Part shown: positions 20,221-33,325 of the stretch, piece after piece
Layout: each line of letters begins with the position of its first letter
How positions within the stretch are numbered: the stretch's first letter is position 1
Source: Amphibalanus amphitrite
Taxonomy: Eukaryota
Assembly: GCF_019059575.1 (NCBI RefSeq)
Contig: NW_024881521.1
Span: 729,297-793,296, forward strand
DNA: 64,000 nucleotides
Reading direction: 5' to 3'
The notes under the pieces: model-generated
The model's database searches: none
Told to the model about the DNA's origin: nothing
The model's input: only the letters and a program-made list of their open reading frames with translations
Translations under genes and position numbers: made by a program

Positions 20221-23200
20221 CTGAAAAAGGAGAGAGACAGGCCCAAGTCAGATGATGTTTGACGCCACAGAATGGCATTTCAGACAGAAAGGGTTCACTG
20301 CATGGCGAGCTTTAGTGCGGCTCTACAGGGCATTATTACAGCCAGTCTGGGCGAGTCCAACAGGGCTAGCAGCACCAGTGAACAGACGGGACTGGGACTA
20401 GAGCAGGGCCAAAGAGCACCAGACACGACCGGCCGTCAGCGCACCGGGCCGGGGCGGGGCTCGACTTCTCCGGTCACGCCGTTCCGGCCGTGGCCACGGG
20501 CACTGTCTGGCGAGGGTGGAGCGCCACACTCGCCGCCGGAGCGCCACTTTCGCCGCCGGCAGCCGCGCACGGCCCACAGGAGGAGGAAGGAGTGGAAGAG
20601 GAGGTCAGAGTGGGCCGGGCCGCCCCACAGAGAGCCGCAGGGCATGGCGAAAAACGGCGCTCTCATGATCGGAGAATACGACCGATAACGGTATCCGACC
20701 CGACCCGACGGATGCTTGCCACTTGATCACAAGTCAGCGTTACACATAGCCGTGGATAGGCTCTACGGGCACCTTCTCCCGATTACTCCCTGACAAAACC
20801 ACAAATCCGCACCTCACTAAAATTCCGCTCCCACGCAGAAAAACGCGTTTTCTTGGCAAATACACGCGCACAGTCATCCCTCGCACGCAAAGGCGGCGCG
20901 GTGAATTAGACCCGCCGTGTGGCGAATTAGTCCCGAAGTGGTCCGAATTAGGTCTGCTATCAGCCGGGCGCGGGGCGCCACGTTTGCCCCGGCCCCATAT
21001 TGACACAGCGCGCGGAGCGGGATAAGGGTTTCCTGCGCCGGCCGTTTGCTCGGCGCGGCGCGGTGTCGAATGGCACCGGCCGCTGGGGGCGCGCTGTTTG
21101 ACAAATCGGAAGTGGATGGAAGCGGTCAAACAGGAGTGGCGCCGCCGGTCAATACGGGGTCAAACAGCCGGTCGGTCGGACGGACGGCCAGCTGGTCCCA
21201 CCGGACGTCCGCCGCGCGGCGCGGGACTCGGCGGGTCGGCTCGGCCGTGCAACTATCGGCGTACTGCTGACACTGCCGGCGAGTTGATACAAAGTACCGT
21301 TCCCAAAGACCGACACAAACATGCCAAACGTCCAGTCGGCAAAGAGTAATCGGACACACGACCGCCGGTGATAGGAATTTAGGGGCCGGTAACTCTACCG
21401 ACCACGGACCTCGCGCGGCGGTATATCTGCAGCGTGCCCTCTGCCAACAGTACCATGTTCCGCGCCACACGGGCCTTTGTTCGGGGCGGAGGGCGCGTCT
21501 CCGACCGGCGCCAGGTCGACGGGAACACTCTGACGATGCCAGACCGATCAGAGGTGGTCCGTGGTGAGGTACACATCGTGCTCGTCAGGTTGATCTGAGT
21601 CGGGCGCCGTGCCAGCCAACTGTCGGCGCGTCGGCACTGACCACGGCCCGCAAAACTGCTGAGACGACGGCTCGATTCAGCGCTACATACAGGCAGTGGT
21701 GCAGCGGCGAGGCAGCGCAACGCAGGGGTACACACGCACACAAACCACCGTCACGCATTCTGCGCACGGACGGAGGGGAGAACGGCGCAGGGGAGAGGAG
21801 GGGAGCCGAGTCGGCGGCGGCGGTCCCCTGTACCGGCGCGGTGAGACGGATACCCTACACCTGGCGTGTCGAGCGGCAGGCGCGTCGCACAGTCGGCAAA
21901 CACGGTCCGAAATCCCACAGACCGGCGGCGGTTCAGCAGCCCAGGGGATCACTGGGGACTCGAAGATGGAACGGACGGGGTCGACCCGCACCCTGCCCTC
22001 CTTTACCACTCGCTCATCCAGTCACCCTCTCTGCCCGCGCCTCCCTCCTCCACTCTCTCCTCTCTGCGCGGCGCGCCGTTCTCGCAGATCCGTATCGTCG
22101 CCGCCGGCGGCGCCCGGCCGGCCGACCGACCCAGATGTGAGCGGCGCCATCATCTCCGTCGAACGGGAACGGACGGACCGCCGCATCGGCCGGCCGCCTG
22201 CCTCCCAGCGCACGGACGGAGGGGAGCACCGCGTCTCCCCGGCCCGACAGATCAACACATGACTGACCGACCGGTCCACTGTCAGGGTTGATGGACGAAT
22301 GGGTAAAGGGACAATCCACAGGGACACAGCCCGAGGGTCGCACAATAGCAGCGTGTAAAGGCGCACGTGCCGCGTGTGTTTCAGTCCACGTGTAATCACC
22401 ACTGCCTGGCGTGTTACACGTGTTGCCGCGGTTACGGCAGCAGCGGACTCGCAATTATCGCCTAGGGGAGAAGGCGACTGCAGAGGACGTGGTTACTGCT
22501 TCGCGGTCGTAGATCACAGCTGGTCTACCGCAACACTGCCAGTGCAAAATTTGCCCCCGGCTTATCCTACCTGTACCAGCACTGTCCCGGATCTACGGCA
22601 TTGTCCCCTCTGACCGTTGTTGCGCTTTACTCTCTGGCTGCTGCTGACACCATAGCTCCCAAAGCGGGCTACACCAGCGCACTACAACTCACTCTTGGAA
22701 AGTGTGGCGGCACACGCGGCGCGGCGGAGCCCATTAGTGCACTGAATGGGCGGCGGCAGAGGTGGGCAGGGCGGCTGCCAATCGCGCGGCGCACGACCTC
22801 CGCAGCTGCCGCGCCGGGGCCCGGAGCCGGAGACGGCCGCCGCCGGAGCCGGGCCGGGCCGGACCCCGGGTCCTTGAGTCGGCGTGGGAAACGCGCACCG
22901 ACCGGTAGATCATAAGAACTGGTTGTCGGCATGTCAACCAGACAACTCAGCAGTCAATAGATTTGATTCATTGCATTCCGCAGGATAAAGACAAAACAAC
23001 TTGCAAGCTGTCCATTTTTGGCAACAAAGGTGGCCTCCCATAAAGCTCCTTTCAACATGCGCAATGAATTATGAATTACGACAAAATAATGCTCCCGCAA
23101 AAACAGCGAACAACACAAATACTGTGTAAAAACAATGCTTGACCTCCAGTCGCCAATCAGGAACCCTACCACAAAGCGCCTGCAACATCCGCCACCGCCG

Positions 23201-26200
23201 CCGCCGTCCACGTATCGTCGCAAACGACGAGTCGCCGTCCGCGCGTCGACCACCCGTAAACCGACACATTCCGGCTTCACAGCCGCACGCGGCGGGGCTT
23301 CTAAGCCATGGAAAATAAAAACTGCGCCGGCTCCGATGTGGAGTTGGGATTAGCGATCACGCAGTCGATACAGCGGCGGAGCAAGGCGATGGAAGGGAAA
23401 AACGGCAGCACATAACAGACGAAATAATGGCATAACTTGCACAGAATGATCAAAAGTGGCCACGCCACTGAACAGAAGATAAGGAGGATAGAGTGAGCCA
23501 TTGTGCTGAGAGGTAAATACACCTAAACGGGCTGAAGAGCATGTCGGGCTTCGAAAAGCGCACTGTGAGAGTAGCTGAATAGGTAGAGGTGAGAGACAGA
23601 AGAAAAAGAAAAAGAAAGAAGAGAGAGGGAGAGAGAAGAGAAATATGTGGAGTAATAGGAAAAGGGAAAGGATATAAATTGAAACCTATCTCTCAATGAA
23701 CAAAGAATGGAGAGATAACAAGAAAAAAGGAGAAACATCATTGTGTTACGTAAAGCCCTTATTCATATCCCACGCATCGGTTGGGCTGAATCGATACCTT
23801 GTTAGAAACCGGCGCCACCCGTGCGCGCGCTCACTCTCCCACCATCTGCCGGCGGCGCGGCGGTAAGACAAGATCTGCCTGCCGGGAGAGTCGGCTCGGC
23901 TCGCCCCCGGCGGCTGGCCGATCGGAGCGCGCGCGCCGGCAGCCTCCACCCTGGCCAGAGCGGCCGGCCCTCGCGCCATGCAGATCGGTCGGTGTGGGAA
24001 CAATGGCCACTCTGTAATTTGGACGGACGCTCGCCGCATTGAGCGCCGCTTAGTTAATCGTTCCAGCGCCCGACGCTTGTGTAGGAGCCACGGGGCGAGC
24101 CAGAGGGTGAGCTAGAGGGAGAGCTAGAGGGAGAGTCGGCGGGAGCCGAGGCGGTCTGAGACTGTGTCGCGGAATGTCAGAACGGCCGGCCGAGCCGTTC
24201 GAGATGAGTTAGGAATGCATTACAGAGACAGCGGAGAGGTCAGCCAGACATTAGCGGGTAATGTGAGAACGGCCACATCAGTCGGAGCTGCAGACTCGCC
24301 GAGTTGAGCAGCTGCAGGCGTCGCCATTCCGTCCAAGGCCACTCAGGTGGGCTGGTCGGCTCTCCAGTTACGAAAAATGGTAACGGGACTTCGCCCTAAG
24401 CAAGAAACGTCCAGCCGAGCCCGCTAAATCGGCTTGGCGGTGACGCGAGGCCAAAACGGGGCGACACTCGGCGCTGATCCGACTAGACTATAGCCGACTC
24501 GCCGACATGAGCCGCGGCAGAAATTAGGAAATACCTTGAATAATGTACTTGTTGTTGGCCAGTCTGTTGTTCTCGTGTAACTCTCTGAATATTAACCACC
24601 ACCGAAAATAAATGATCCATCTGCCCGCTGACCGGCCGAACTCAGTGAGAGTAAGGGCCTTCAAGTATCGCCGGAACCGAGTATACGACGGCGCCAGCGT
24701 GTAATCTCTGCAAAACCTCGCCGGTGGAGCCAGCCTGCATGCCTGCACATCGGTCAAATATCCGCAGCGGATGCCGATTACTCTCATGCAACAAAGCTAA
24801 TGTGATGACATTTGAAGCATGCAATCGCTGCAGCGCTGTTGGCCGCTTGATGACACGAAGATGCAGCGAAAAAAGAGCCTCCCACACATTGATGGGAGAG
24901 CTAGAGTTCAATGAAAGTGAATGACCGCGGCGACTTCAGTTGGCCACAGCTCGGCAGCGGCAAATGAGACGACGGCGGACGACGTTCAGGTCCAAGGCTG
25001 GCTACAAACCGCCCGCGGCGCAGGCATCGCTCATCAGGGAACACACCATTTGGAGATGAACGATCGGCACGGCGAGCACCGAGTTATTATGGGATGGGAA
25101 GGGATGGGATGGGATGAGGCACGTGGGTTGAGAGGAACTTTGATGGGATGAGATGTGTGGGAATGACATAGAATGTAAGGTGAGATGGGGAACAGCATTG
25201 GGCAGTGTGGGTGGGAAACAGAGGCAGGTATGACAGTCCTATATTGTCTACACATTTTCTTGAAGCAACGGGATGAACAGTAACACGTTCTCTGGCACAC
25301 GAGGCTGCGTAGGAGAGATTAACTGCGTCTGAGCTCCGGCGGCGCCGCCCTCCGACAGAGCAACTGCTGTTGGGAGAGTGGCCCGTATCTCTGAATTCCT
25401 GGCCTCCCACCCAGTCGGTCGGCGCTGCGCTCTGAAGTCACCTCTCTGTCTCGGCTCCGTGCCGTGGGCCGCGGCCCGTGTGGGTAGCTGCAGGAGGCGG
25501 CCACTCCGAACAGCTCCCGGCGCCACCTAGCGGTGTATCATCGGCGCAGATTGGCAGATAAGCACGTGACCCAGGCATTTCGTGAGTCAGCGGAATCGGG
25601 TCGGCGCCCGGCGCTCGGCGGTCGACGCTCCGTGTCGGTGCCATGTGTCGGCAGCTACAGGACTGAGCGCACCTGTAGATAAGCCGCGCCGAGCGCCGGT
25701 CGGGAGACTGGCCGCGGTGGTGGAACTATTCCGGGATGGTGGGCACTGGGCTCAGATTGACCTATTTACACGGCCCGTAATGCGCCGTGATATGATGATC
25801 AATAACACGCTGAGCTGTGATCGGCCGATCGGCATTCCCCAGAGGAGCTCACGTCACCGTGAGCACGGTCGGCGCGCGGCGCCGGCGACCGGTAGCGGCC
25901 GAGGTGTCTCGGCGCCACATGCAACGCCGTTATCAGTCACGGAAGGCGGCCGGGCGCCGTGAGCCGGGCACGGACTCACAGCGGAGCCCCCGGGGGTCGG
26001 CCAACCGACCGGTCGCCGCTGTAGGGAGTCCCTCGTGAGCTGCGACGGTGCACGGACAGCACCGGTCTTTATCCGTCGGGGCAGGAGTGTTCTGGCGCAG
26101 CACGCAGCGTTCCACGAGGTGCATACTGCATAATGCACCACCGGCGGCCACAGCACAGCGGCGATCGTAGCGGGTCGGCGCCCACAGGTCATAAACAGTC

Positions 26201-27635
26201 GATAAGGGCCACCGACCCGCCGCCCGGCGCACTATTCTCGTCCCTACGGCCGATCGACGGAGATGGATCGGTGCGGCCTATCGGAGGGCCCGATCGGTAG
26301 ATAGCCAGCTAGTTCCCCCGGAGAAATATCTCCAAAACGCGCGTCGTGCGGCGGCGACTGTCACCTGTGCGCCATTAACTGCCGCCAAAGGCTGACAGCT
26401 CATTAGGGGGACCTGACGACCACGGGGGGACAACAAACTAGTTCCAGTACAGCCGACCGCGGGAATATCGGAAAGAAACTGGAGCGGAGCGGGAACGGGA
26501 ACTGAGAGAAGAACGAGAGACGGAGCGGGGCAGCCGTGCAGCCTGAGAGCGATGACGATCGCCCGCCTTGCCGCAGTCTCCACCGGCTTGATGCTGCTAT
26601 TCCAGGCGGGCAAATGTGCCGGGCTGTGTTTTTAGAGTATGTTTAATTGCCGGTTGAATGCTTGTCGACATGAACATGTGCTTAGCGCTGGCCTCGGGGA
26701 TGTTGTTGATGCATCCGAGCGGGCCGGCACTGGCAATGAGTTGGCGGCTTTCAGGGTTGACATTCAGCCCCGCCGGAAAATATGAAAGTAATCCCGACAC
26801 AATAATTGAATAGACCGACAAAAGCGCACACATGCAAAACCAAACACGGCTCGTTCCGCGCGTAAAAAGCCCGCGTAAACAAGACGGCTGGCATTCCGGC
26901 GGGTCGACACTGAGAGGCGGTAAACGGCGCCCCGACCTTGGCCGGACACACCGCGGACACAGAAACAACAACCCGGGATCGGCGCCAGCGACAGAGGACT
27001 GCTTCCGGGAGGGACACTGTCCGCCGGGTCCTACGGGAACAGGAGACCATTGGAAGGGGGCTGCAGGACTCACAGCTCCGGATCGGGACTGTCAGAGCTA
27101 CATAACTTCAGCAGCAGCCCCAGCTCTCCAAGCTACAAGCCATGAGCCGTGCCAGCTTCCGAGCTGCAGCTGCTCGGAGCGCGGCGTGACGCCTCCTCTC
27201 CAGCAGCCGGTCACGTACATGAGCGGCCATCTTCGGCGCGCGGCACGGCGCGGCGCGGCACACCCCACTGGGAGGAGGAGCCCCGCAACACCTTCGATCC
27301 TCTCCACACTGCAACTAATAGACCCAATCTACATATGAATAACACTACCGAACCTGCACCGATGTATGAATATAAAAAGCCGACATCTTGATTAGGATCT
27401 TGAGAAGTCGTGAAGGAGCGTGGGCTCGAGCCATAAATTCGACATCGGCGACTGCCACTGACCGCATGATCCACCTGCCACGGCTCGATTGCTGTCATCA
27501 ATTAGACTCGCCGGGCGGAGGCGGCGCACCACAATGCTCACGAGTTTGACATGTCGCCGCATCAGTGTCAGCGGTGTCCGAACTCGCCACAGACGGCCTC
27601 CGCGGCCGGTCGTCCTTCCCCATGGTCCGGTCCGG

Positions 27636-27920
27636 CCTCGCAGTGGCACCACCGGCCTCGCAGGGGCACCACCGGCCTCGCAGGCATCACGGCATCACGC
27701 AGGCCGCAGGGGCACCTTGGGCCTGTCGGGGGCATCACGGGCCTGTTGGGGGCACTTAAGGCTTGTCAGGGGCACCACAGTCCTGTCAGGTCCCAGGGGC
27801 ATCAGCAGCCTAGCAGGGGCACCCTAGGCCCGCCAGAGGCTCCACAGGCCTGCCAGGGTCCAGGGGCACCACAGGCCTAGCAAGGGCACCACGGGCCTGT
27901 CAGGGGCACCTCAGGCTCCC
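27636..27920. repeat. Minisatellite, ~21-bp unit (ggggcaccacgggcctgtcag-like) x ~13
   Basis: Direct reading of 27640-27910. Confidence 0.8.
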
Positions 27921-27926
27921 GTGCTA

Positions 27927-28246
27927 CCCCCCCCCCCCGGATCCGCCAGTGATGCCACACCACGCGAAACACCGCCAACTACCAGCTGCCGCGCCATAAA
28001 CACGTGCCAACAACAGTCTTTTTGAAGGTCGACTCCGCTCGCGCAACTTTTGACTGACCCTCACTGCTACCATATTGCTTCCATATTATGCTGTGGAAAC
28101 TTTACTTCACCAAGTGGCTAAAAACCTCCATCAAGGTATATTTTCTTAGAAATTTTCTGACGTTTTGGGGGGGGCCAAACAGGCCACTTTAGGCCTTTGG
28201 GGGGGGCCATGGCCCCCGTGGCCCCCCCCTGGATCCGCCAGTGATG
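27927..28246. repeat. ~290-bp segment bounded by ~26-bp direct repeats (cccccccc[t]ggatccgccagtgatg) and containing G8/C8 dyad-symmetric tracts
   Basis: ggatccgccagtgatg at 27939-27954 and 28231-28246, each preceded by a poly-C run. Confidence 0.6.
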
Positions 28247-31200
28247 GTCCCCGGACCGCGGCGCGGGCCTCAGTGATACCAATCCGATAACGGATATCAT
28301 ATACGGCCCGCGCCGTGAGACCGCGCCGCCTCTGGTGCTAGCGCCGCTGCCGTGTCGCAGTCTCCAGTGTTAGCGCCCTGCCGGCCGCGCTGCGTTGCAG
28401 TCTCCCGCCCTCCGGCCGGTCCCGCCCACCAATCACGCTCTCTCGCGCCGCAGCGCCTGGGAAAAATGCACCGGCGTGCCGACCGGCGCACGCCAGCACG
28501 TGCAGAGGTCAGGTCAGGTCAGTGGCCGCGCCTGTGTAGCAGATACGGCAACCCACTCATATTGAGATATCCTCCAACGCCCCAGTGTCGGCCTAAAAAT
28601 GCATTCACTCGAACCACGTTAGTACCCCGCCCCTAACACGTTAACATCTTACCTCGAACACGTTACCGCCTGACCTGCGCATGAGCACCTGACCCGGAAC
28701 GCGTTAGCGCCGGTTCCAGCAAGTTGCGTCGGTGCGGTGAGCGCCGCAAATTGGCCGGCTCCCACGCCAGCAAGTTCCCGTTCCGACGCGGCGGCGCCGG
28801 CTGACCTCTGGCGGCCGCAGAGTCGAGTCTGCTGACGACATCGGTCGACATGTCCGGACCGGATTGAGCCGCAGCACGACCGGAGCCGCAGCGGGCCGGC
28901 GGACTGGACAGGCGGACCGGACAGTGAGCTCCCGCGGCCGGCCGGCCGGTGCTGGGGTCCACCTCACGGCTACCCAGCGGCTCAGCCGAGGATCAGAGGA
29001 TTCCGTGACGGCAGCACGGTCAGAAAATGGCCGACTGGGAGGGACTAAATGACGCTGGTAGGGAGTCGAGGCACAGGAAGCTGCAGAACCGCGTGTGCTG
29101 CTCACACACACCGGCCTGGATCGATGGGTTCTCATTGAGGGACCGACGGCGACACGGCACACCTGAATAGAATCACAGCACGGCGTCGGCGTCCGAGCAG
29201 CGCTCAGCCCCACACCGGCTTCACCTGTGCAGCGAGGCGGCAGAGGGGAGGCCAGATGAGCGCTGGATGAGGTGTAACACACGCGCCGACAGGGTTTGGA
29301 CGGGACGGGGGTGCGGCGCGGCGGCCCTTTGGAGTCCGGCCGGCGCGCCGGGGAGCCAATAATCCCCATCGGCTGGCAGCAGATGATGTGCGGCTCAGCT
29401 GGCTACAAAACATATTGCCGGCTCTGGGGCCGGACGAGCGCGGCTCCGACCTATCACACACCTGCTTATTATCTCGGGTGAGCGTGTGTCGCGTAGGGTC
29501 GTCATGACGACCGGAATCAATACTCTGCAGGTAGGCAGAGCGCCGAGGTTAGCTTCACGTGCGGGCGTCGCCGCCGGCTGCGACAGTGTGTGGGGCCGAC
29601 ACGGCGATCAGCGACGCTCGGCCGCCGGCTAGAGTTCACTGACGGCTCCAAATGCGTGTCGGCCATTTTCACCTGGCCGGTATTCAGCGAGCGGCGGGCT
29701 GCGGAGGGCAACCCGATATTTGTCGCGATGGGAGGAGCGCTCCCAGGCCGCGACGGGCGGGCACGGATGACATTCCTCAAAGGGTCCTTTGTGCGCCGTC
29801 AAGTGGGCCCGGCTGCTCACCCCTTGCCCGTCCCACGGGTCGGCAGGCACAATGGCCGCCTTTAAAAGCGCAGTACGGGGGAGAGTCCGCCCGGAATTCT
29901 GGCGGTCGGCGCGGCTGGGCGCCCCGCCGCGATCCGGCCATAGCCGACCCAAGAAGGGCTAGAGGAACGTGAGAGAGCCACAAGGAGAAACGCACTCGTC
30001 GTTCCGGCTCATTTAAACCAGCTCATTACCGTGCCGAGGGACCGAAGTTAATTACCGATTCATAAGGCCACTGTTTGGTATTGATAAGCTGTTTTGGGGC
30101 CGGCCGGACAGGCCTTTCTGGACGTGACAGGAAAATGAGCAGGATTTGGAGCGGTGCGGCCGCGCGTGCCATGACCTACTCCGCCCGCCGGACCACCTCT
30201 CCGGCTCTGAGCCCAGCTCGGCGGCGCGCGCGCCTGAAACGAAGCCCGGCGCATGACTTCATTGAGAGTGCGCCGCGAGCGCGCCACAAAGGCCGCCGCC
30301 GCGGCAAGACTGACGCCGACAATGTTTCGCTTCTGTTTGGCATCGATCACGGCGAGCTGAAACCCGAGCCGGTGCTGGCGGTGGCAAAAATGTGGGTCTC
30401 TGTGCGCTCGGGCGCCTCTGGCCGCGGCGCCGGGAGGGGACGGGGGCCGGCCGACGCCTGGGAGGCGGCTCCCCTCTCTGGGGAAACATGAGACCCCATG
30501 GGCGGGTGCGGCCGCCGCCCGGCACCCGGCACCGGGCCACGCTCGGAAACCAAAGCCAGCCTCTCAGTCACGATCTGCGCCGCCGGGGTGCCCACGCAAT
30601 TAGTGCACGCCGGAAACGCCGACTGACGCCCGTGGCACTCGATCAGACTCGCGTTTCAACTGGGACGTGTTTGTCAAAAACGCCGCATACGTTTATTCCA
30701 TTTTCCCACGCTTTTGTCGGCCACACATACCACTGAACAACAGCGGTTTTCCATTGCGAGAAAACACCGTACCGTCTCAATTCATCGCCGCTAACACGAC
30801 GACGACAAACGTAACTCAATGCGACATATTCGCCGGCGCCACGTCAGCCCACAAAACAAATTACAAACGAGTGAACCGAGCACAGAGGGACAGCTGCCCA
30901 GAGGAACAATGGCACGCGCGACGTGTCCCGTCGGCGACCCCCTCACTGACAGACCCGCTTTGTGAGCCCACCAGCCAAACCCAACAAACCCGGTGACGGC
31001 GGGTCCGCGTCAGGATTACCATTACGGCGTCCCGATTGGATTTGTCTGGCTGCGGCCGCTGTTTGTTGATGATGAGGCGGCTGTAGGACCGAGTGTGTGT
31101 TTTTCTAGCGGCAGCGGCGGGCTGGACGGCAGATGTGTCCGAGACGCGTGCACGCACTACGTAAACTAAGTCGCCGAGTAACACAGCTCAGCCCCGCCGC

Positions 31201-33325
31201 TGAGACGCACACAACCGCCGGATTACACGGAAACAAACCATTTGTTTATAGAACAAAGTCAACAGAGCTGCAATTAGGAAGTTATTGGAGCACTGATAGC
31301 ACACGAAGTCGATCTAAATCGACAACAGATGACACGGGGAACTATTACCCGTTTGTCTGAGATGCGGCAATTGCTTATCTAGCCAGAGATAATCTAGTCA
31401 AGCACACTGTCTGGCTGACGGGCGAACCGTTGCGTATAAAGGCAATCCAGGAAGCCGAGACTACGACAGGAAGACGTCACAACTCGGACCATCAGCCGTG
31501 CCTCACCGATACACCGGCTGTTTGACACACTGTGGGCCGACACAGACACCTCTGCCGCCAGGCTTACCACCGCCGCTGTGGAATAGCTCCGATCCTCGGT
31601 CTAAGGACGCCAGACGTCTCGGCCCGGCCCAGCACACCCGCGTCGGCCCGAGCGGCGTGCCAGGGGGCGGAGTCGAGCGACGTCCAAGGAAAGGACGTCG
31701 GCAGAGGAGCGACATCTGGCCCGGCGCACGCCACTGCTGCGTCAGGTCCGCCGCGCAGCGCAGGCAAATTGCAGAGCACTGGAGGGAATTTCCAGAGCGC
31801 GCCGGTGCGGCCGGCGGCGCTGGACCGGCGGCGGCGGCTGGCGGTTCAGTGTCCGCGGGCCGCCTGTGATTCATCCCGATCTGCCACGCCTCTGTAATGG
31901 GCCTCCACCGACCCTGAATTAATGCCGACACACCGCGCACGAATTAATCATATCGGAAAAATCGGTTCAGAGCTACGAGTTAATCGCCGGGGACGCCGGT
32001 GCCCCGGGCGGTCGAGGAGACGGTTGCGTGCTGTACCGAGCGGGACGGTCGGACCCCGCTCACCGATTTTCGACGCTCCATACATCACGGATGACCAAAC
32101 GGCCAATCGGGGCACCGCCTCCCTCCACCAGTCGGCCCTCCACTTAACCCGCATGTGCCAACAGCGCCGAACCGAGCCAACATACGCCCAACTCCGCTCT
32201 GCAGATGAGTTTCGCAGAGCACTGAGAGCGAAGCTGTGACTGCTGCCAGTGCGGTGCCCATGACCAGCCGCCCCGTCCTGCCCGGCCCCGGCCGTTGATA
32301 TTTACGATCCGGAACACGAGGGCGGCTGGTCCGCTCGTAAGGTGGCTCAGAATGCGGCGCGGCCGGCGGGGCTGGCAAACACCGCCCTGCGTCGCAGCCT
32401 CCTACCCCGGCGGCAATGGCGCGTGGCCGGCGCTGGCAGGGCCGCCGCGGCGGACCCGGCCACATGTGGTCAGAGAGGGCCGCTCTCTGCCGCCGCGGAC
32501 CCTCCCCCTCCCCCTTCCCCGGGGTGGCGCCCCAGTCGGTCCAACCGGCGGCAGGTACCGGTCGGTATTGAAAACCAGCAAACGGTAATGGGACGACCTC
32601 CGTCGTCGTCAGGGCCGGGTTAGGCGCAGCGTCCTCGAGCTGGGATTGGTCGAACGGCCTCCCCGTGTGCGATTAATGACACGACAATTATCTGCAGTCG
32701 CTTTGGAGACGCCGCCGCCGCCGCCGCCGCCGTCCCACCGCGCAGTGCACCGCGGGGGATGAGAGGGGAGGGGCGGGGCTACGGCGACGGGACTAACAAC
32801 CACCACGCACCCTTCGGGCGTGCCTTGTACCGCGTCCTGTACTCATTCAGTGCGCTATGTAGTCAGATGTTTCGAAAGAATCCGACAAAGGATTATCGCA
32901 AGGAGCGATATATCAATGAGCTATTTCGGGACAAGAGTCGCGCTAATTTTATCGCATTCTCCAAATGGTCGCAAGACAAAGCCCCATCTTTTCCCGATGA
33001 TAATGCTATGCTGATCGGGAATGGGATGATAGCTATCAGCACCGCACTGCAATCACATGCAAATGCCAGTCAGCGGGCCGGTGCTGAGCAGCTGGACACG
33101 TTTGACGCCCTCGCAGGGTCTCTGCAGGCCACCCCGTGAGGTCCAGCACCCCTGAGCTTGCTGGAGTATCGCCACGATACATAAGGTCGATGAACATTGA
33201 ACGGCATACCGGGGAGAGCGGCTAGGCACAGTACGCCCTCAGTCCTAATGACACGTGCTTATACCGTGCCGACATGAGAGGACATGACACGTCTCTACCG
33301 ACATCTAGCTGTCGCATGACAGACG

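Noticed and set aside
26597-27073. 158-aa minus ORF with a C-terminal stretch (NVNPESRQLIASAGPLGCINNIPEASAKHMF) that looks protein-like
   Set aside because: Could not be matched to any family from memory. No flanking splice sites in frame. Left unannotated.
28704-29369. 221-aa minus-strand ORF
   Set aside because: Same GC-driven artefact, with Arg/Pro/Ser/Ala composition. No domain recognisable.
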